From the sequence record MT708547.1: DNA of 64,000 nucleotides; one strand, given 5' to 3'. Positions 23,575-35,230 of the stretch are shown here, piece after piece. The position numbers were made by a program, and so were the translations under genes. The notes beneath the pieces are model-generated. The model ran no database searches and was not told the origin of the DNA. It saw only the letters and a list, made by a program, of their open reading frames with translations. Every line of letters starts with the position of its first letter. Position 1 is the stretch's first letter.

Positions 23575-25968
23575 ACATTACTAGTGTTAAACTAATTTTT
23601 GAAAACTGTGAAGCAATAGACATTCCTTTTAATGATATATTGTTTTTGCATATAGGGAAAGAATACAAAAAAACACATAGAACTTTTAATTCTTTGTCTA
23701 TAGAAACGGTTTTAAAAGAATTTGCTATTGCACTGAATAAGGATATTGAATGTAATTTCTGGAATAACCAGAGCATCGAAGAAAGACTTGCTATGCGTGA
23801 TATAACATGGGTAGAACTGTGCAATAATAATGAGAAAGTATCATATTATATTGAATGGCCTGAATACGATGAGTATTATAGTACTGCACAACGTTTGCAG
23901 TACACACCAGATGGTAATTTAATTTTTACCAGTTCTACTCAATCATTCATCAAAATCGAAACTGATGATATCGATCATATGGCTAAATCAATTGGGATGT
24001 ACGGACATGAAAAATGATAATGATGGGAATTTTATAAAAATTCATTTAAAAAGAACCTGGACAGATGTTGAATCAGGTGATATAATGAACGTAGAATATA
24101 GCACAGAAAAGATTTTAGTTAAAAACCAACTTAATGCAAATGATGAAGCAAATGATTTCATTGAAAAAAATGTTGGCGTTTATGTTCTTGATGGAATAGA
24201 ATATAAAACTGAACTCATCGAGAAGGATGTTATGCAAGATAAACAGGTCTTTTTAACTAAAGAACAAATGTTCGATTTTATTCTCAATAATACTGTGACA
24301 ATCATTCCAGATAACACCATCTGGACTGATGAAAATGGTAATAAAGTCAAAAAGAAATATACAGTATCGATTAATTCAACATCAATGAGTGGGTTTGACT
24401 TAGAAGATGCTATTAATTACTACGTAAACAATAGGAGTTCAATGAAATGATATTCATCATTGTCGCAGTTATTTGTTGTGTTACGGTTATTATCTGTAAA
24501 TCAATTCAGGTAAAAAGTTATCATAAAGCACTGGAGATGGAAAAGAATTTATATAGTACTGAAATTCTTTGTGAAGACCCTAATGCGAAAAAATCACCAT
24601 ATTCACTAACAAGAGAACTCCATGTAGAATCAGAAACATGGGGATGGACTGTAAACAGAAACGGTGAAAAAGTCAAAAGTTCAAATGGTTATTATCAAAT
24701 TCTCAACTTAGATAAAGCACAAGAACTGATGAATACTATGGAAAAAATTGATGGATACAAAATAACCAAATTTTAATCCAGGAGAAATATATATGGATAT
24801 TAGTAGTACTATAAAATTCTTGGCAGAGAATTTTGAAAAGATTATCACAAGGGGTGGTTTAATAGTTCACCCCAATACGAATATTATGTATCAAATTAGA
24901 TTTGACACTCAGTCTTATGATCAAGTACTTGTATTTTCCAAGTTCAATGATTATAAAGAAGTAGTGATGTTTTGTTGTACAGAATTTGGTGTATATATCA
25001 AAGATACTGAAACTCAAACAATTTCCCATTACTTTTACCATACATTAATGGGCACTGATTTATTTGGTCTTAAATTTAATGATTTGGCTAATTTGCATTA
25101 CATGTTCAAACACTATCCACACACTAACTAAGGAAGTACAATGAAAAATATTATTTTTAAAAACGTTGCGTTTGTAAAAGATCTATACACTGGTGCATAT
25201 GTATCTGGTAATAAACTAATTATCTCTGCTGGTAATGAATATGAAGTGCAATTTGAGTCCAGTGATAAGGCATTTGAAGGTTTAACTGAACTAGATAGTC
25301 TGTTGAATGCAGAAGAACATACCAAATCACCAAAAGCAAGTACTGTTTCTGATGAAATTACTTCTCTTTTGAACGGTATTAAAAACGGTTCAGTACTGAA
25401 TACTATTAACGGAATTAATGACAAACTTCGTAATAAAGTAAGTTCATTTAAAAACGATGCACAAGAAAAAGCAATGGAAATCGCATTTGAAAAACTATTT
25501 AAAGAAGGTTCACTTGCTATCGATAAAGCTATTTCTGATCTGGACAACGCTTTCAACGTTCTGTTCCCTGAAGATGAAACAGAAACACCAAAACAACAAA
25601 ATACAACTAGCACAAAACCCACTGAAAGCACAGAAAGTATTAAATCCAAAAAATTTAACATTGATGATATTTTTAGTACTCTAAATGTTGGTCAGGATCA
25701 AAGTGTACTAACTTTTGATAAAATCATGGCTTCTGATAAGATCATTGATGATATGACAAGTACTGAACTTCGTCGTATTATTGAGATTTTCATTGATGAA
25801 ATTGTGAATTCCGAAAAAGGTAAAGAGATGATTGATTCAATCAAAACCAATTTTGGTACAGCAGAAGTTGATGCCGCGATCCAGAAAATCAAAGATACTG
25901 CATATCAGGTTTGTATTGAAAATTCAAATCTAACATTTGCTGATGTGATGCAAAAATACTTCTTTTAA
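23571..25968 (+). CDS. hypothetical ORFs 23571-24017, about 24007-24450, 24447-24776, 24793-25131, 25141-25968
   Basis: Tiling ORFs with ribosome-binding sites; no domain recognised. Confidence 0.65.
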
Positions 25969-25988
25969 TGTATAAAATTTGATATAAT

Positions 25989-26016
25989 AAAAGCCTCCCT
26001 TCGTGGAGGCTTTTTT
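25989..26016 (+). terminator. intrinsic terminator
   Basis: AAAAGCCTCC-cttcgt-GGAGGCTTTTTT. Confidence 0.85.
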
Positions 26017-26106
26017 CGTTCTTTTTTAATTTAAATTGAGTCTTGACAAATAATACATTTTTATGTATAATAATCCTAATAATTAGAAAAGTATCAGGTG
26101 TGATTT

Positions 26107-26691
26107 ATGTTAAGTACTTTTAAGCGAGTTTATTTAAGAAACAACAAAATGCAAGTTCGTTTACACAAAGACGAAGCTGATTCGTTTATGGCTAAAGCTA
26201 TTGTTAAATCTGAATTGTACAAACGCCTTTCACCAAAAGAAAGCTCGCCATATGGATTTAATCACCCACACAGCCATTATGTTGGATTGGTGTGTGAACA
26301 CGCTGCTTATGTGTTGTTCACGGAACTGGAAGAAATGACTGGCATCAAATACTATATCGATCCAGCATTCCAGAATAGTAAAAGAGATGGTGAATGTGAT
26401 TTAATTGTTAACAATCTACGTATAGAAGTGAAGGGTATTAAGTACAAATCATGGACTAATTATGGTCCGTGTATCAGTACAAGACAATTGAAGAATATTG
26501 AGAAAAAGGCAGATATCATTCTGTGGGTTTTGTATAATGAAAAACGTCATGAATTTTCGTTTGAAGGTTTTAATTATGTAAAAGATGTACATACTGTACC
26601 AGTTAAAATTACTGGTGCTAAAGGTAAACCACAAATTAAAAATCATCCAGTTATTGATATTATTAAACCATTACAGGAATTACCAATATGA
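26107..26691 (+). CDS. putative PD-(D/E)xK nuclease-fold protein
   Basis: GLVCEHA...ECDLIVNNLRIEVKG fits the (G)xxxE...D...ExK pattern. Confidence 0.45.
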   Translation: MLSTFKRVYLRNNKMQVRLHKDEADSFMAKAIVKSELYKRLSPKESSPYGFNHPHSHYVGLVCEHAAYVLFTELEEMTGIKYYIDPAFQNSKRDGECDLIVNNLRIEVKGIKYKSWTNYGPCISTRQLKNIEKKADIILWVLYNEKRHEFSFEGFNYVKDVHTVPVKITGAKGKPQIKNHPVIDIIKPLQELPI

Positions 26692-29023
26692 TCAAATGTA
26701 ATATCGTAGTGTATAATTATGAGATTAATTCACGCGATGGAAGTGAAGAATTAGTGAATTCATATTTAGAATATGTAGTTAATTTTCCAGTACTACCGGC
26801 GATTGGTTCTGAATTGAAAATTTATACATACAATGAAAAAGTATATGTAGTACTGGATATTGAATACAGAACACGAATTATGGATTGTCATAATATTGAC
26901 AATCCAAGTACTATGGAAATTAATATCATTGTTAAGGAAGTATAATGAACCAACAATACATGATTAAAGTGGTTTTGTACAAAAATGATAATCAGAGAAC
27001 TAAAATCTGTTCTTCTTATGTTCAGTCATTGCCAAGAACCGGGGAACTTATTACAGTACTTAATGATAAATTCATTGTTGAACAGATTGAACACACACTG
27101 TATCCAATTAGTACAACTGATACAGTTTCATGGAATATGAATCAACATTCTGAATCTGGTATTGCTATTATTTGTACAAAAACATAAGGTGCCACAATAT
27201 ATGATGTATTTTATATTTCTGTACTTAATATGTCACCTTGTTATTGTTACTATTATGGACAGACATTCACACTTTGGATATAGTTATAAAGTTGCTAAGA
27301 TTTATGGTTTTAAATCATATTTTGTTGCACTATTTTATAGTTATATACTCGATCCAAAGTATATGGTATTGTCTCTTATACTACAAAAAGAAGCAAATAT
27401 TGATACTATTTCTAAAATAGAATTCGTGTGTAGACGATTTCTTAATTCAGATGATAAATGCTCCATTGATTTTCATTCGGATAAAATCATTTTTGTGTAT
27501 AAAGGTGTATTCACTTGTGGTATTGAATTAAATCAGGTATTAGGTGTAGTTGATATTTCATGGAATCATAATGTCATTATGCATCCAAGAACTATCAAGC
27601 TAATAGAAGCATGTAAAATAAAAGTTGACAGCGACACAAAGAGATGATATTATATAGAATAAACATATTAAAGAGGTGTATATGGATTCTTTAGCTACTC
27701 TATTCAAACTGAATACTTCAGAAAAAGAAGGTTATTTGAGTATCAGTGATCTTGAAAATACAAGTGAATATATTTTCAAAAATACAATCAAAATTAAAGC
27801 GAATAAGGATAAAAGCAATACACATTTCACAAAATGGATTGCTTATTGGGAGGGTGTTAATTTCGCAGTTGAAATGACAGTTCTACCAAAAGTATTAAGT
27901 ACCGGATTTGTTAAAGTTGTTATTATTGATAAAAATCTTCGACCAATTTCTGAAATTGGTGAATACCCGGTTAAGGGTACTAAAGTTTTTGGTACCATGA
28001 TCAATAATAAGTTCATGATCGAAAAAACAAAAACTCAATACATCAATCAGGTTATTTCTGAATTCGAGAACAAACCTAAACCAAAAACTAAATCAGAAAC
28101 CAATGAAGAATATGTTAATAAAATTAAAGAAGCATGGGGATTGAAATAATGTTAACTTTAAAAAATCTAAAGTACTTAATTATGATTAGTATTATCCTAT
28201 TCATCTCCAATGTACCTATGGATATTTTTAAATTTGGTGACACACGATTGGGTGCATTCATTGGTGTATACAGTTTAATATTCTGCATCATAACATTTGT
28301 GGTTGCGTTTGTTATGTTCATTGAAGATATGTATGATGATAAAGACTTTTATTTCGAATTTCTCGGAAAAGATAGTTATTCATTTATCTGGACATTCTCT
28401 ATTTTACCAGCATTAATTTATGCATTCTTTATCGCAGAGGGTGGTATCGCCTATGGAGTTATGGGTATCTTCTTATTTCTTTTCTGGGAAAGAATCAGAA
28501 CTATTCAAAACCGATATGCTCAAGAATATCGTGATGAAGAACTAAAAAATGAAGCAATGCGTAAGAATTATCCACCAGAAGAGGTAGAAATTAAATGAGT
28601 ACTTATTTGAAAATAACACTATTTGCTTTTATTGTATTTCTTATTCAGTTATATGGTATTCTTGTACATAACTACAATTTACCTTCATTTCTGAATGAAT
28701 CTTGGTATATTGGTTCTTTTTGGGTTACTGGAGCATTGGGTGTACTTGGGGTAATTCTGTCAATTGCAATAATCATTATTACAGCCGACGATGCAGACAA
28801 AGAAACTACTATTAAAATGTTCGGATTTGATGAACTTAGTCCGTGGATTTATAGTAGACCATTCCTTTTATTGGCTATCGTATTTGTACAACTAGGTTCT
28901 CTATGGGTTGCTGCTTTCTGTTTTAGTGTGTGGTCTTACCAAACTCTTCAGATTAGTGAACACCGTGACTATTTGATTGAAAAGCTAACAAAAGAGGCAG
29001 AAAAAGGCACCAAAAATCATTAA
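26688..29023 (+). CDS. hypothetical ORFs 26688-26945, 26945-27187, about 27201-27647, 27676-28149, and two related-looking multi-pass membrane proteins about 28149-28598 and 28595-29023
   Basis: Tiling ORFs; 3-4 hydrophobic segments in the last two. Confidence 0.65.
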
Positions 29024-29093
29024 TCATTGACAAATGTTCTTCACATGAGGTAATATCATTACCTCATTTTAATTCAAAAGAAGGAATGCAACC

Positions 29094-29396
29094 ATGAAAG
29101 ATATTCTCATTGCAGTTGATGGTAGTGCTAAAACAATATCAAAAGGTATGCGTCTCTCCGTAGCCAAAACCCTTAGTAATGTATGCCCTGATTCTAAAAT
29201 TTTATTTTGTCAAATTACAGACAAAAATATTATCGAATTAGATATTGATTTATTCTTTAAGTATGATCATCTTTTGTGTGGTACAAAAGCAGATATTGAT
29301 CTGATATATTCAATTGATGATTTTGATCATAAATTCCTTATCACAGATAACAGTAATATTGAAAGTTCTGAAAACCTCAATGTAATACTTTACTAA
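29094..29396 (+). CDS. hypothetical protein, possibly a degenerate vWA-like fold
   Basis: DILIAVDGSA...CGT...FLITD loosely resembles vWA MIDAS motifs. Confidence 0.3.
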   Translation: MKDILIAVDGSAKTISKGMRLSVAKTLSNVCPDSKILFCQITDKNIIELDIDLFFKYDHLLCGTKADIDLIYSIDDFDHKFLITDNSNIESSENLNVILY

Positions 29397-29416
29397 TCAA
29401 CTGGAGATATATTATA

Positions 29417-29872
29417 ATGCAAAAACTCAATGCATGGGTAGAGAATACCAGGATTTATCCACCCTCTGAAATGTTTTATCAGGCTGATTCAAAACAAGCA
29501 AAGGCCGAGAAACGCATTGTAAGCATCTGTGAAGAGCTTTATGTTTTTACCTGTACTACCCTAAGCGACATGAGAGCGGCCTACACAGAGCTTTCTATGG
29601 CGGTTAGAATGGGTATTTCGGATATGCGTCAGGTTTATGTAGAAGAAATTTGTGGAAAGACTGCATTTCATATTGATAATGCAGTAAAAGCATTAGACAC
29701 TATGCATAAACGAGATCCACTTCTACAGGCTTATTATAAAGAATGGTCATGTAAATCAAAGGATTTAAAAGATGAAATTAAATCTACACTGATCAATGCT
29801 TTTCCGGGTGTTGATAAATCCGTACTTTTATCAAACCTACAGTACTGGTACGATAAAGAGAGTGAAAAATGA
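29417..29872 (+). CDS. hypothetical protein
   Basis: GGAG ribosome-binding site, 151 aa. Confidence 0.7.
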   Translation: MQKLNAWVENTRIYPPSEMFYQADSKQAKAEKRIVSICEELYVFTCTTLSDMRAAYTELSMAVRMGISDMRQVYVEEICGKTAFHIDNAVKALDTMHKRDPLLQAYYKEWSCKSKDLKDEIKSTLINAFPGVDKSVLLSNLQYWYDKESEK

Positions 29873-30381
29873 CAACTGTTTACATCGATAAACGTTGTGG
29901 ATTAGCAATGACAGATTCAAGAGTTACATCTACAATAGAACGTGCTTTTCTTGGTGTCTTTCCATTGCAATCAAAAAATCAATACAGTAAAGTATTACAA
30001 AAATCAATGTACATACACGACCGATTATTTTTAAGTTGTGGTACAGTATCTGAGATTAACAAGGTACTAAGGTATTTGGTTGAACAAAAACCAATAGTAC
30101 CAAGTAGAAAAGATGGATGCCACTGTCTTTTACTTGATAAAGAGTATTGTATTAATTTTGTAATTCACAATGGTGTACTGAAAAAGTTTGTACAATTCAT
30201 TGATAAAAATTATGTATTCAGTATGGGTAGTGGTTCTTCTCATATGAGAAATACCTTTAATGATATCGGTTCATTAAAATTAAATAATATGTCATTATCG
30301 GAATACGTTATTGATGAATTCAGTAAAGTATCAGAAAAAGATATATATACTGATAATAATATTAATTTATACAAAATTTGA
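29869..30381 (+). CDS. HslV/proteasome-like N-terminal-threonine hydrolase
   Basis: MTT start, MTDSRVT, and late SMGSGS, typical of T1-like Ntn peptidases. Confidence 0.6.
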   Translation: MTTVYIDKRCGLAMTDSRVTSTIERAFLGVFPLQSKNQYSKVLQKSMYIHDRLFLSCGTVSEINKVLRYLVEQKPIVPSRKDGCHCLLLDKEYCINFVIHNGVLKKFVQFIDKNYVFSMGSGSSHMRNTFNDIGSLKLNNMSLSEYVIDEFSKVSEKDIYTDNNINLYKI

Positions 30382-30388
30382 TTAATTT

Positions 30389-30416
30389 AAAGACCAAATT
30401 GAATTTGGTCTTTTTT
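30389..30416 (+). terminator. intrinsic terminator
   Basis: AAAGACCAAATT/AATTTGGTCTTT followed by a T tract. Confidence 0.8.
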
Positions 30417-30444
30417 GTTTTATTACATATAAAAAGGATGAATA

Positions 30445-31341
30445 ATGAAAGAAGTTGATCTAAATGAACTAAGTGCTGAAATCATGGAAACATTATTTGA
30501 TGAATCTGATATTGAGCAATCAAAAAATATTAAGAGTACAAAAGATAATATCAGTCTCAAACATCCAACTGGTGTTACAAATGAAATGCTGTTAAATGAA
30601 ATACATAATGGTATTAATGTAAAACAAAATCGTGAATTACTTATCCGTTATAATTATCCACTAGCAGTCAGTATTGCTAAACGTTGTAAATGTTATATTC
30701 CAGAAGAAGATAAAATTTCTTATGCAGTAGAGGGTCTTTTGAATTCAATTCATAATTTTGATGTTACAAAAGGTGTATTATTCAGTACTTATGCCAGTGC
30801 TTCCATTTACATGACAGTGATGAACATGAGTAATGAACATAATAATTTAGTTTATATCCCCCGCCATGTAAGTGTACATAATGTTAATATTCGTAAATTT
30901 GCAAATGAATACGAAAAGAAACACGGCAAAAAATGCAAACCTGAACTTATTTCAAAAGAACTCGGAATTAATGTTGATACTGTTGAGTTGTGTTTGTCTT
31001 TCCAGGAAACCACATCTCTTGATACTCCAACTTCTGATGATAGTACTGCACTAATTGATACCATTGCCAGTGATTGTAACGTAGAACAAAATGACGTTGA
31101 TAGTATTGTTCTGGAATTGATGAATGAACTAGAACCAAAAGAAAAGGAAATCCTTTCCAGAATTTATGGTTTGAATGGATATGCACCAGAAACCTATGAT
31201 AGCTTGATTAGTACTGGATTTTATGATAAAAAGGGTAAACGTATTACTGTTCGCGGAACTTTACATTACAAATTCAGTACTGCACTTGAGAAACTAAAGC
31301 GTTTGGTTCGTCTAAAAGGATTAACTGCCAAAGATGTTTAA
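30445..31341 (+). CDS. RNA polymerase sigma factor, sigma70 family
   Basis: Region 2: RELLIRYNYPLAVSIAKR...EGLLNSIHNFDVTKGVLFSTYA; VYIPRH; region 3: SLDTP; region 4: LEPKEKEILSRIYGL. Confidence 0.85.
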   Translation: MKEVDLNELSAEIMETLFDESDIEQSKNIKSTKDNISLKHPTGVTNEMLLNEIHNGINVKQNRELLIRYNYPLAVSIAKRCKCYIPEEDKISYAVEGLLNSIHNFDVTKGVLFSTYASASIYMTVMNMSNEHNNLVYIPRHVSVHNVNIRKFANEYEKKHGKKCKPELISKELGINVDTVELCLSFQETTSLDTPTSDDSTALIDTIASDCNVEQNDVDSIVLELMNELEPKEKEILSRIYGLNGYAPETYDSLISTGFYDKKGKRITVRGTLHYKFSTALEKLKRLVRLKGLTAKDV

Positions 31342-31367
31342 ATTGATATTTTTTCTTTATTAAATAC

Positions 31368-31396
31368 TTGAACAAAATTTTTTACAGTGATATAAT
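31368..31396 (+). promoter_or_regulatory. sigma70-like promoter
   Basis: TTGAAC-17-TATAAT with TGn; no credible + strand ORF for about 700 nt downstream. Confidence 0.75.
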
Positions 31397-31399
31397 GTT

Positions 31400-32050
31400 T
31401 GTAATACATGGATGTTGGACATTCTTTTTGAAAAGAACGTATGGATAAAAACCCGATTAGCCGAAAATGTAACGCTACGGATGAGTATAACCAACATATA
31501 CGAGATGCAGAGGATACCCGAAAGGCGAGACGGCATCTAAAAGGATAGGAAATAGCACTACCTATCCCAAGCTTACATTAGGCTTGATAGATCGCAAATC
31601 TGGTTGAGTCCAGACAAATAAAGAGTGTAAGGGAGATTATTTTCTTTTAGATATTTTGGAAATAATCACAGTATTGAATTGCTTGAATAGTTCGGTACTG
31701 AAGTGCAAGTATGTTTAAACTTGTGACCGTTGCATGTGACTGCGATAAGGGGAAACCGGGCAACCCGCCTCTGCCTAATAAATTAAATTTATTAGAATTC
31801 GCAATTCAAGGAATTTCGACAGCTACGAGCTTCAAGGCTTAGCTTTTTTATTTCTCATCCCCTCCCTGTGGGGGATGAAAATATCTCGTGCAAACGCCTT
31901 CAAGTATTGAAATTCACGAAGTGAATTGAAATTACTTGTTCTGTAGTCAAACGACAGTGAGACGTGAGAACAAGTAATTTCTGCATGTATCAACGAAGTG
32001 ACAACGAGTTGATACATAGCACTTTAAAACATTATTGAATTCAATAATTA
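31400..32050 (+). ncRNA. candidate large structured ncRNA (about 650 nt, possibly two units)
   Basis: Hairpins GATGC/GCATC, GGATAGG/CCTATCC, AAGCTTA/TAGGCTT, TCTGG/CCAGA, GGG-GCAA-CCC, CATCCCC/GGGGATG, TTCAC-GAA-GTGAA, GAAATTACTTGTTCT/AGAACAAGTAATTTC, TGTATCAAC/GTTGATACA. Confidence 0.6.
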
Positions 32051-32092
32051 ATATTATTATGGTTATTGAAGAAATAAAATCGGAGTACTGAA

Positions 32093-34416
32093 ATGAACAC
32101 TATTATTTTTTTGATTATACTGAGTACTGGAACAACTACTACGGTAATTAAAGAAATGCCTTCTTTGGTACAATGTAAAGTAATTATGAATTCCGTTTAT
32201 ACACAACAAAAAGAAAAGCAAAAAGAAACAAGTAAAACGGATTACTATTGTTTGAATTCAACAACCAACACTAAGTACTATCCAGATGAGTGAGTTCACA
32301 TTTCTTTGTACTTTTTATTATTATACTTCTGCTACTTCAAAGAAGTATGTAAAAGAAGAAATAAACGTATATACCAGTTCAGTACAAAAAGCTATTTGCG
32401 AGATACATTTGTACTTAGTTTGTTGTGAAGTAATTGATATAGAATACATACCGTACAGGAATAAATCTAATGACTTTAAGACTAATTACTGAAGTAGATA
32501 AATCAGTAAGTGAATTATCAACTGAAGAATTGAATAAGTTGGACTGGAGTTCAGTCCCAAAATCACAACTTCTTTCTATTTCAGATGATCGTTTGATGAA
32601 ATGTCCCATCGACATTTTAACCCAAAGTTATTCTTGTGATAACTATAGCAATGATTTGTGTTTATATATACTCACTTCTAAAATAAAGAAGTGCAAAGAT
32701 TTTCGAAATGGTTATGCATTATATCATCTATTAAGTAATTTTTTTAATCCAGATTTTATCAAGAATAATAAAAAAGAAATTCTTGAAATGTTAAAACGAC
32801 ATGAAGAGATTCATAGTACTGTTACGTTTCCATCAGTTATTCAATACTTGATGAAACATGGAATCATTTCATTTTTTGATTTAAATATGACATTTGAAAC
32901 AATCAATGACACATGGGATGCCTTGGAATCCGATATTCCACAGGAAGATTGGATTAAATTAATCACACGTACAAATTACCTGTACTCAACACTCACTGAA
33001 CACCATTCAATACAGAATAATGTAATACCATTAAGTACTGAAAACTTATGGAAATGTGGGATTAAAATTAATCCAGTTGTTGATCTGTCGTGGGTTAAAA
33101 ATGGCACATATGAATGTGATGATGATTATGTAGACATTTTACTGGAAGATTTAATAGAACAATTAAATTGTACTTCAATCACATGGGATGAAGTGCTAGA
33201 AAAATTCAATACATATAAACTTGATAGGGACAACAATCCCCCTTATGGTGTTAATTTTATCAGTACTGTATGGGAACATCACATAATTGACACAAAGTTT
33301 GAATTGAACAGAGATGATTTTTTCAAGAAAAATTTACATCTTTACAAAACTATTGGATAAAAAGTCTTGACATGGAGTACTATTTGAGTAATAATACTCC
33401 TATCTTAATTTAATGAGGAAACACTGATGAAAACTCTATTACTTATTGTAGTCGTGGCTTTTGGTGCATGGTGGTTTTCTGAAAATTTCAGTATAACTTC
33501 AAAAAATGAACCACAACCTGTTCCACAAGAAGTACATACAGATTCTATTGGAACTAAGGTTGATAAAATAATTAAAGTAATTACGGAATAAATGTTATGG
33601 GATTAGATGTAACTGAAGCTCAAAGAATATTAGAAAACCTCAGAGAAATTAATTCAAAATTTGAACGTAATAATCTCTGTACTGAATGGGATAAAAAACT
33701 ACCCAATAGATTTAGTGAAATCACTAATGAAATTTTATTCAGTACTGGTTTAGTTTGGATTGAACATACTTCTCTATATAATGTTACGTATCGCCATGAA
33801 GGTTATGTTGTTGAATACAATGAATATCTGGATCAGGGTATGAAAGTACTCAAAATGTGGAGTACTGTTTATAACGAGCTAGTAATTATCTGGATTAATG
33901 ACAGTAATGGTGTTGACTTTGGTGATTTAGAAGAAAACACTACTAAGGTAGCACCGATTTTCGTTGGTTTGTCTGATAATATCATGTAAGTATTAAAAGA
34001 AAGGTTTTGACAATGAATGAAAAATTGGCTTTAATTTGGAAAAGTGGTTATGACTTTAAAGTAACACCAAAGGAACTTAGAGTATTTCGTACTGAATACT
34101 GTGAGTATCTTGATTTAGACCAGTATAATACCATTGTTCGTATTGAACACAATGGTGATGTTGAAGGTCATATCAGTGAAGTACTTGATAAAGCTATTTC
34201 AATTATTGGGGTAAAATGATGATTAGTTTTTATTTGGCAGTGATACTTATTAATGGTAATATCGAAAGAACACTAGGAAATGGGTTTTATAAAACCCCTG
34301 AAGAATGCTATACGACGACAAATTGGCCTCGTGATAGTGAAACTCGTGAAGAATTCAAATGCATCAAGGCTACTGGTGATTTTGTAAATTTCAAAGTTAT
34401 TGAGGTACAAAAATGA
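32093..34416 (+). CDS. hypothetical ORFs 32093-32293, 32286-32492, 32470-33360, 33427-33591 (membrane-anchored, not in the track), 33597-33989, about 34011-34219, 34216-34416
   Basis: Tiling ORFs with ribosome-binding sites. Confidence 0.6.
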
Positions 34417-34694
34417 TTCTTTCAAAAGAAGAACGTGATATTGTATTACACGCTTTATATTTTCTTGAGAATGAAAGTATGCATACGGATGCTTCTATGG
34501 CGTTGATTGAACGTCTTCAGAAAGAAGAAATGCCAAAGATTTATCGTATCCGTTATCTTGATGGGGCTGGTGGTGATCGTATTGCCATTGCTGAATCACG
34601 AGAAGAAGCAGAACAAATCTTCACTGATAATTATTTGAATCCTTTTTTGATGGAAGAAGTTTGTGAAGTGAAAAATGGCACTTTTATTGGTTGA
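34413..34694 (+). CDS. hypothetical protein, MILS-type paralog 1
   Basis: N-terminus MILSKEERDIVLHAL shared with 34862 and 35941. Confidence 0.7.
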   Translation: MILSKEERDIVLHALYFLENESMHTDASMALIERLQKEEMPKIYRIRYLDGAGGDRIAIAESREEAEQIFTDNYLNPFLMEEVCEVKNGTFIG

Positions 34695-34726
34695 CAAATA
34701 ATAAAAATACAGTATAATGTTTATAT

Positions 34727-34791
34727 CAAGACAAGAATGGTTCTATGTGTATCTGTGAATAAGCGGTAGTTCGATTCCCCTTCTTGTCTTG
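34727..34791 (+). ncRNA. small RNA, D-arm-deleted homolog of 36231-36318
   Basis: Follows TTGACA-16-TATAAT (34691-34718); 11-bp stem CAAGACAAGAA/TTCTTGTCTTG; T-loop-like GTTCGATTC; T tract after. Confidence 0.6.
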
Positions 34792-34861
34792 TCCTTTTTT
34801 AATTTAACAAAGTAACTATGTTTACTCCACATAATCAATCAGTTGTTATTGAGGTGCAGAA

Positions 34862-35104
34862 ATGATTCTTTCTAATGAAGAACGTAAAATTGTTTTGCAA
34901 GCAATGAGTCTTGTGCATTTAACTACTGAACAAGAGAGAGATTTGTTTGCTCGTCTTAAAGTCGGCAATGATTTAATTGAACGCAAAAAAGCCAGTGCTG
35001 CTCGCCATAGTCGTTTCAAAGAGCATATGCATACATTATATGGTCCTCTGTCACATTTACATAATCATGAATATTATGATTTTTGTAAAAAGAATGAATT
35101 TTGA
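34862..35104 (+). CDS. hypothetical protein, MILS-type paralog 2
   Basis: MILSNEERKIVLQAMSLVHLTTEQERDLFARLK...YGP..HLH. Confidence 0.75.
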   Translation: MILSNEERKIVLQAMSLVHLTTEQERDLFARLKVGNDLIERKKASAARHSRFKEHMHTLYGPLSHLHNHEYYDFCKKNEF

Positions 35105-35140
35105 GTGATAGTACCGAATCATTGAGATAGAATCTGTATC

Positions 35141-35220
35141 AAGACGGTAGCTCAAGGGAGAGCAGCAGGTAATAACGATAAGTTCACCTGTCAGCGTGGA
35201 TTAAAACACCACCCGTCGTC
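35141..35220 (+). ncRNA. tRNA-like RNA with a 15-nt anticodon-position loop
   Basis: Acceptor AAGACGG/CCGTCGT (6 of 7 pairs); D arm GCTC-AAGGGA-GAGC; stem GCAGGT/ACCTGT; degenerate T arm GTGG/CCAC. Confidence 0.6.
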
Positions 35221-35230
35221 ATTTAATTTA

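Noticed and set aside
29094-29396. Universal stress protein (ILIAVDGS)
   Set aside because: Only the first motif matches, and the C-terminal USP G..G motif is missing.
31400-32050. tmRNA, RNase P RNA or group I intron
   Set aside because: No GGGG.../...TCCACCA tRNA-like ends or tag ORF, no RNase P P4 consensus, and no P/Q/R/S elements found.
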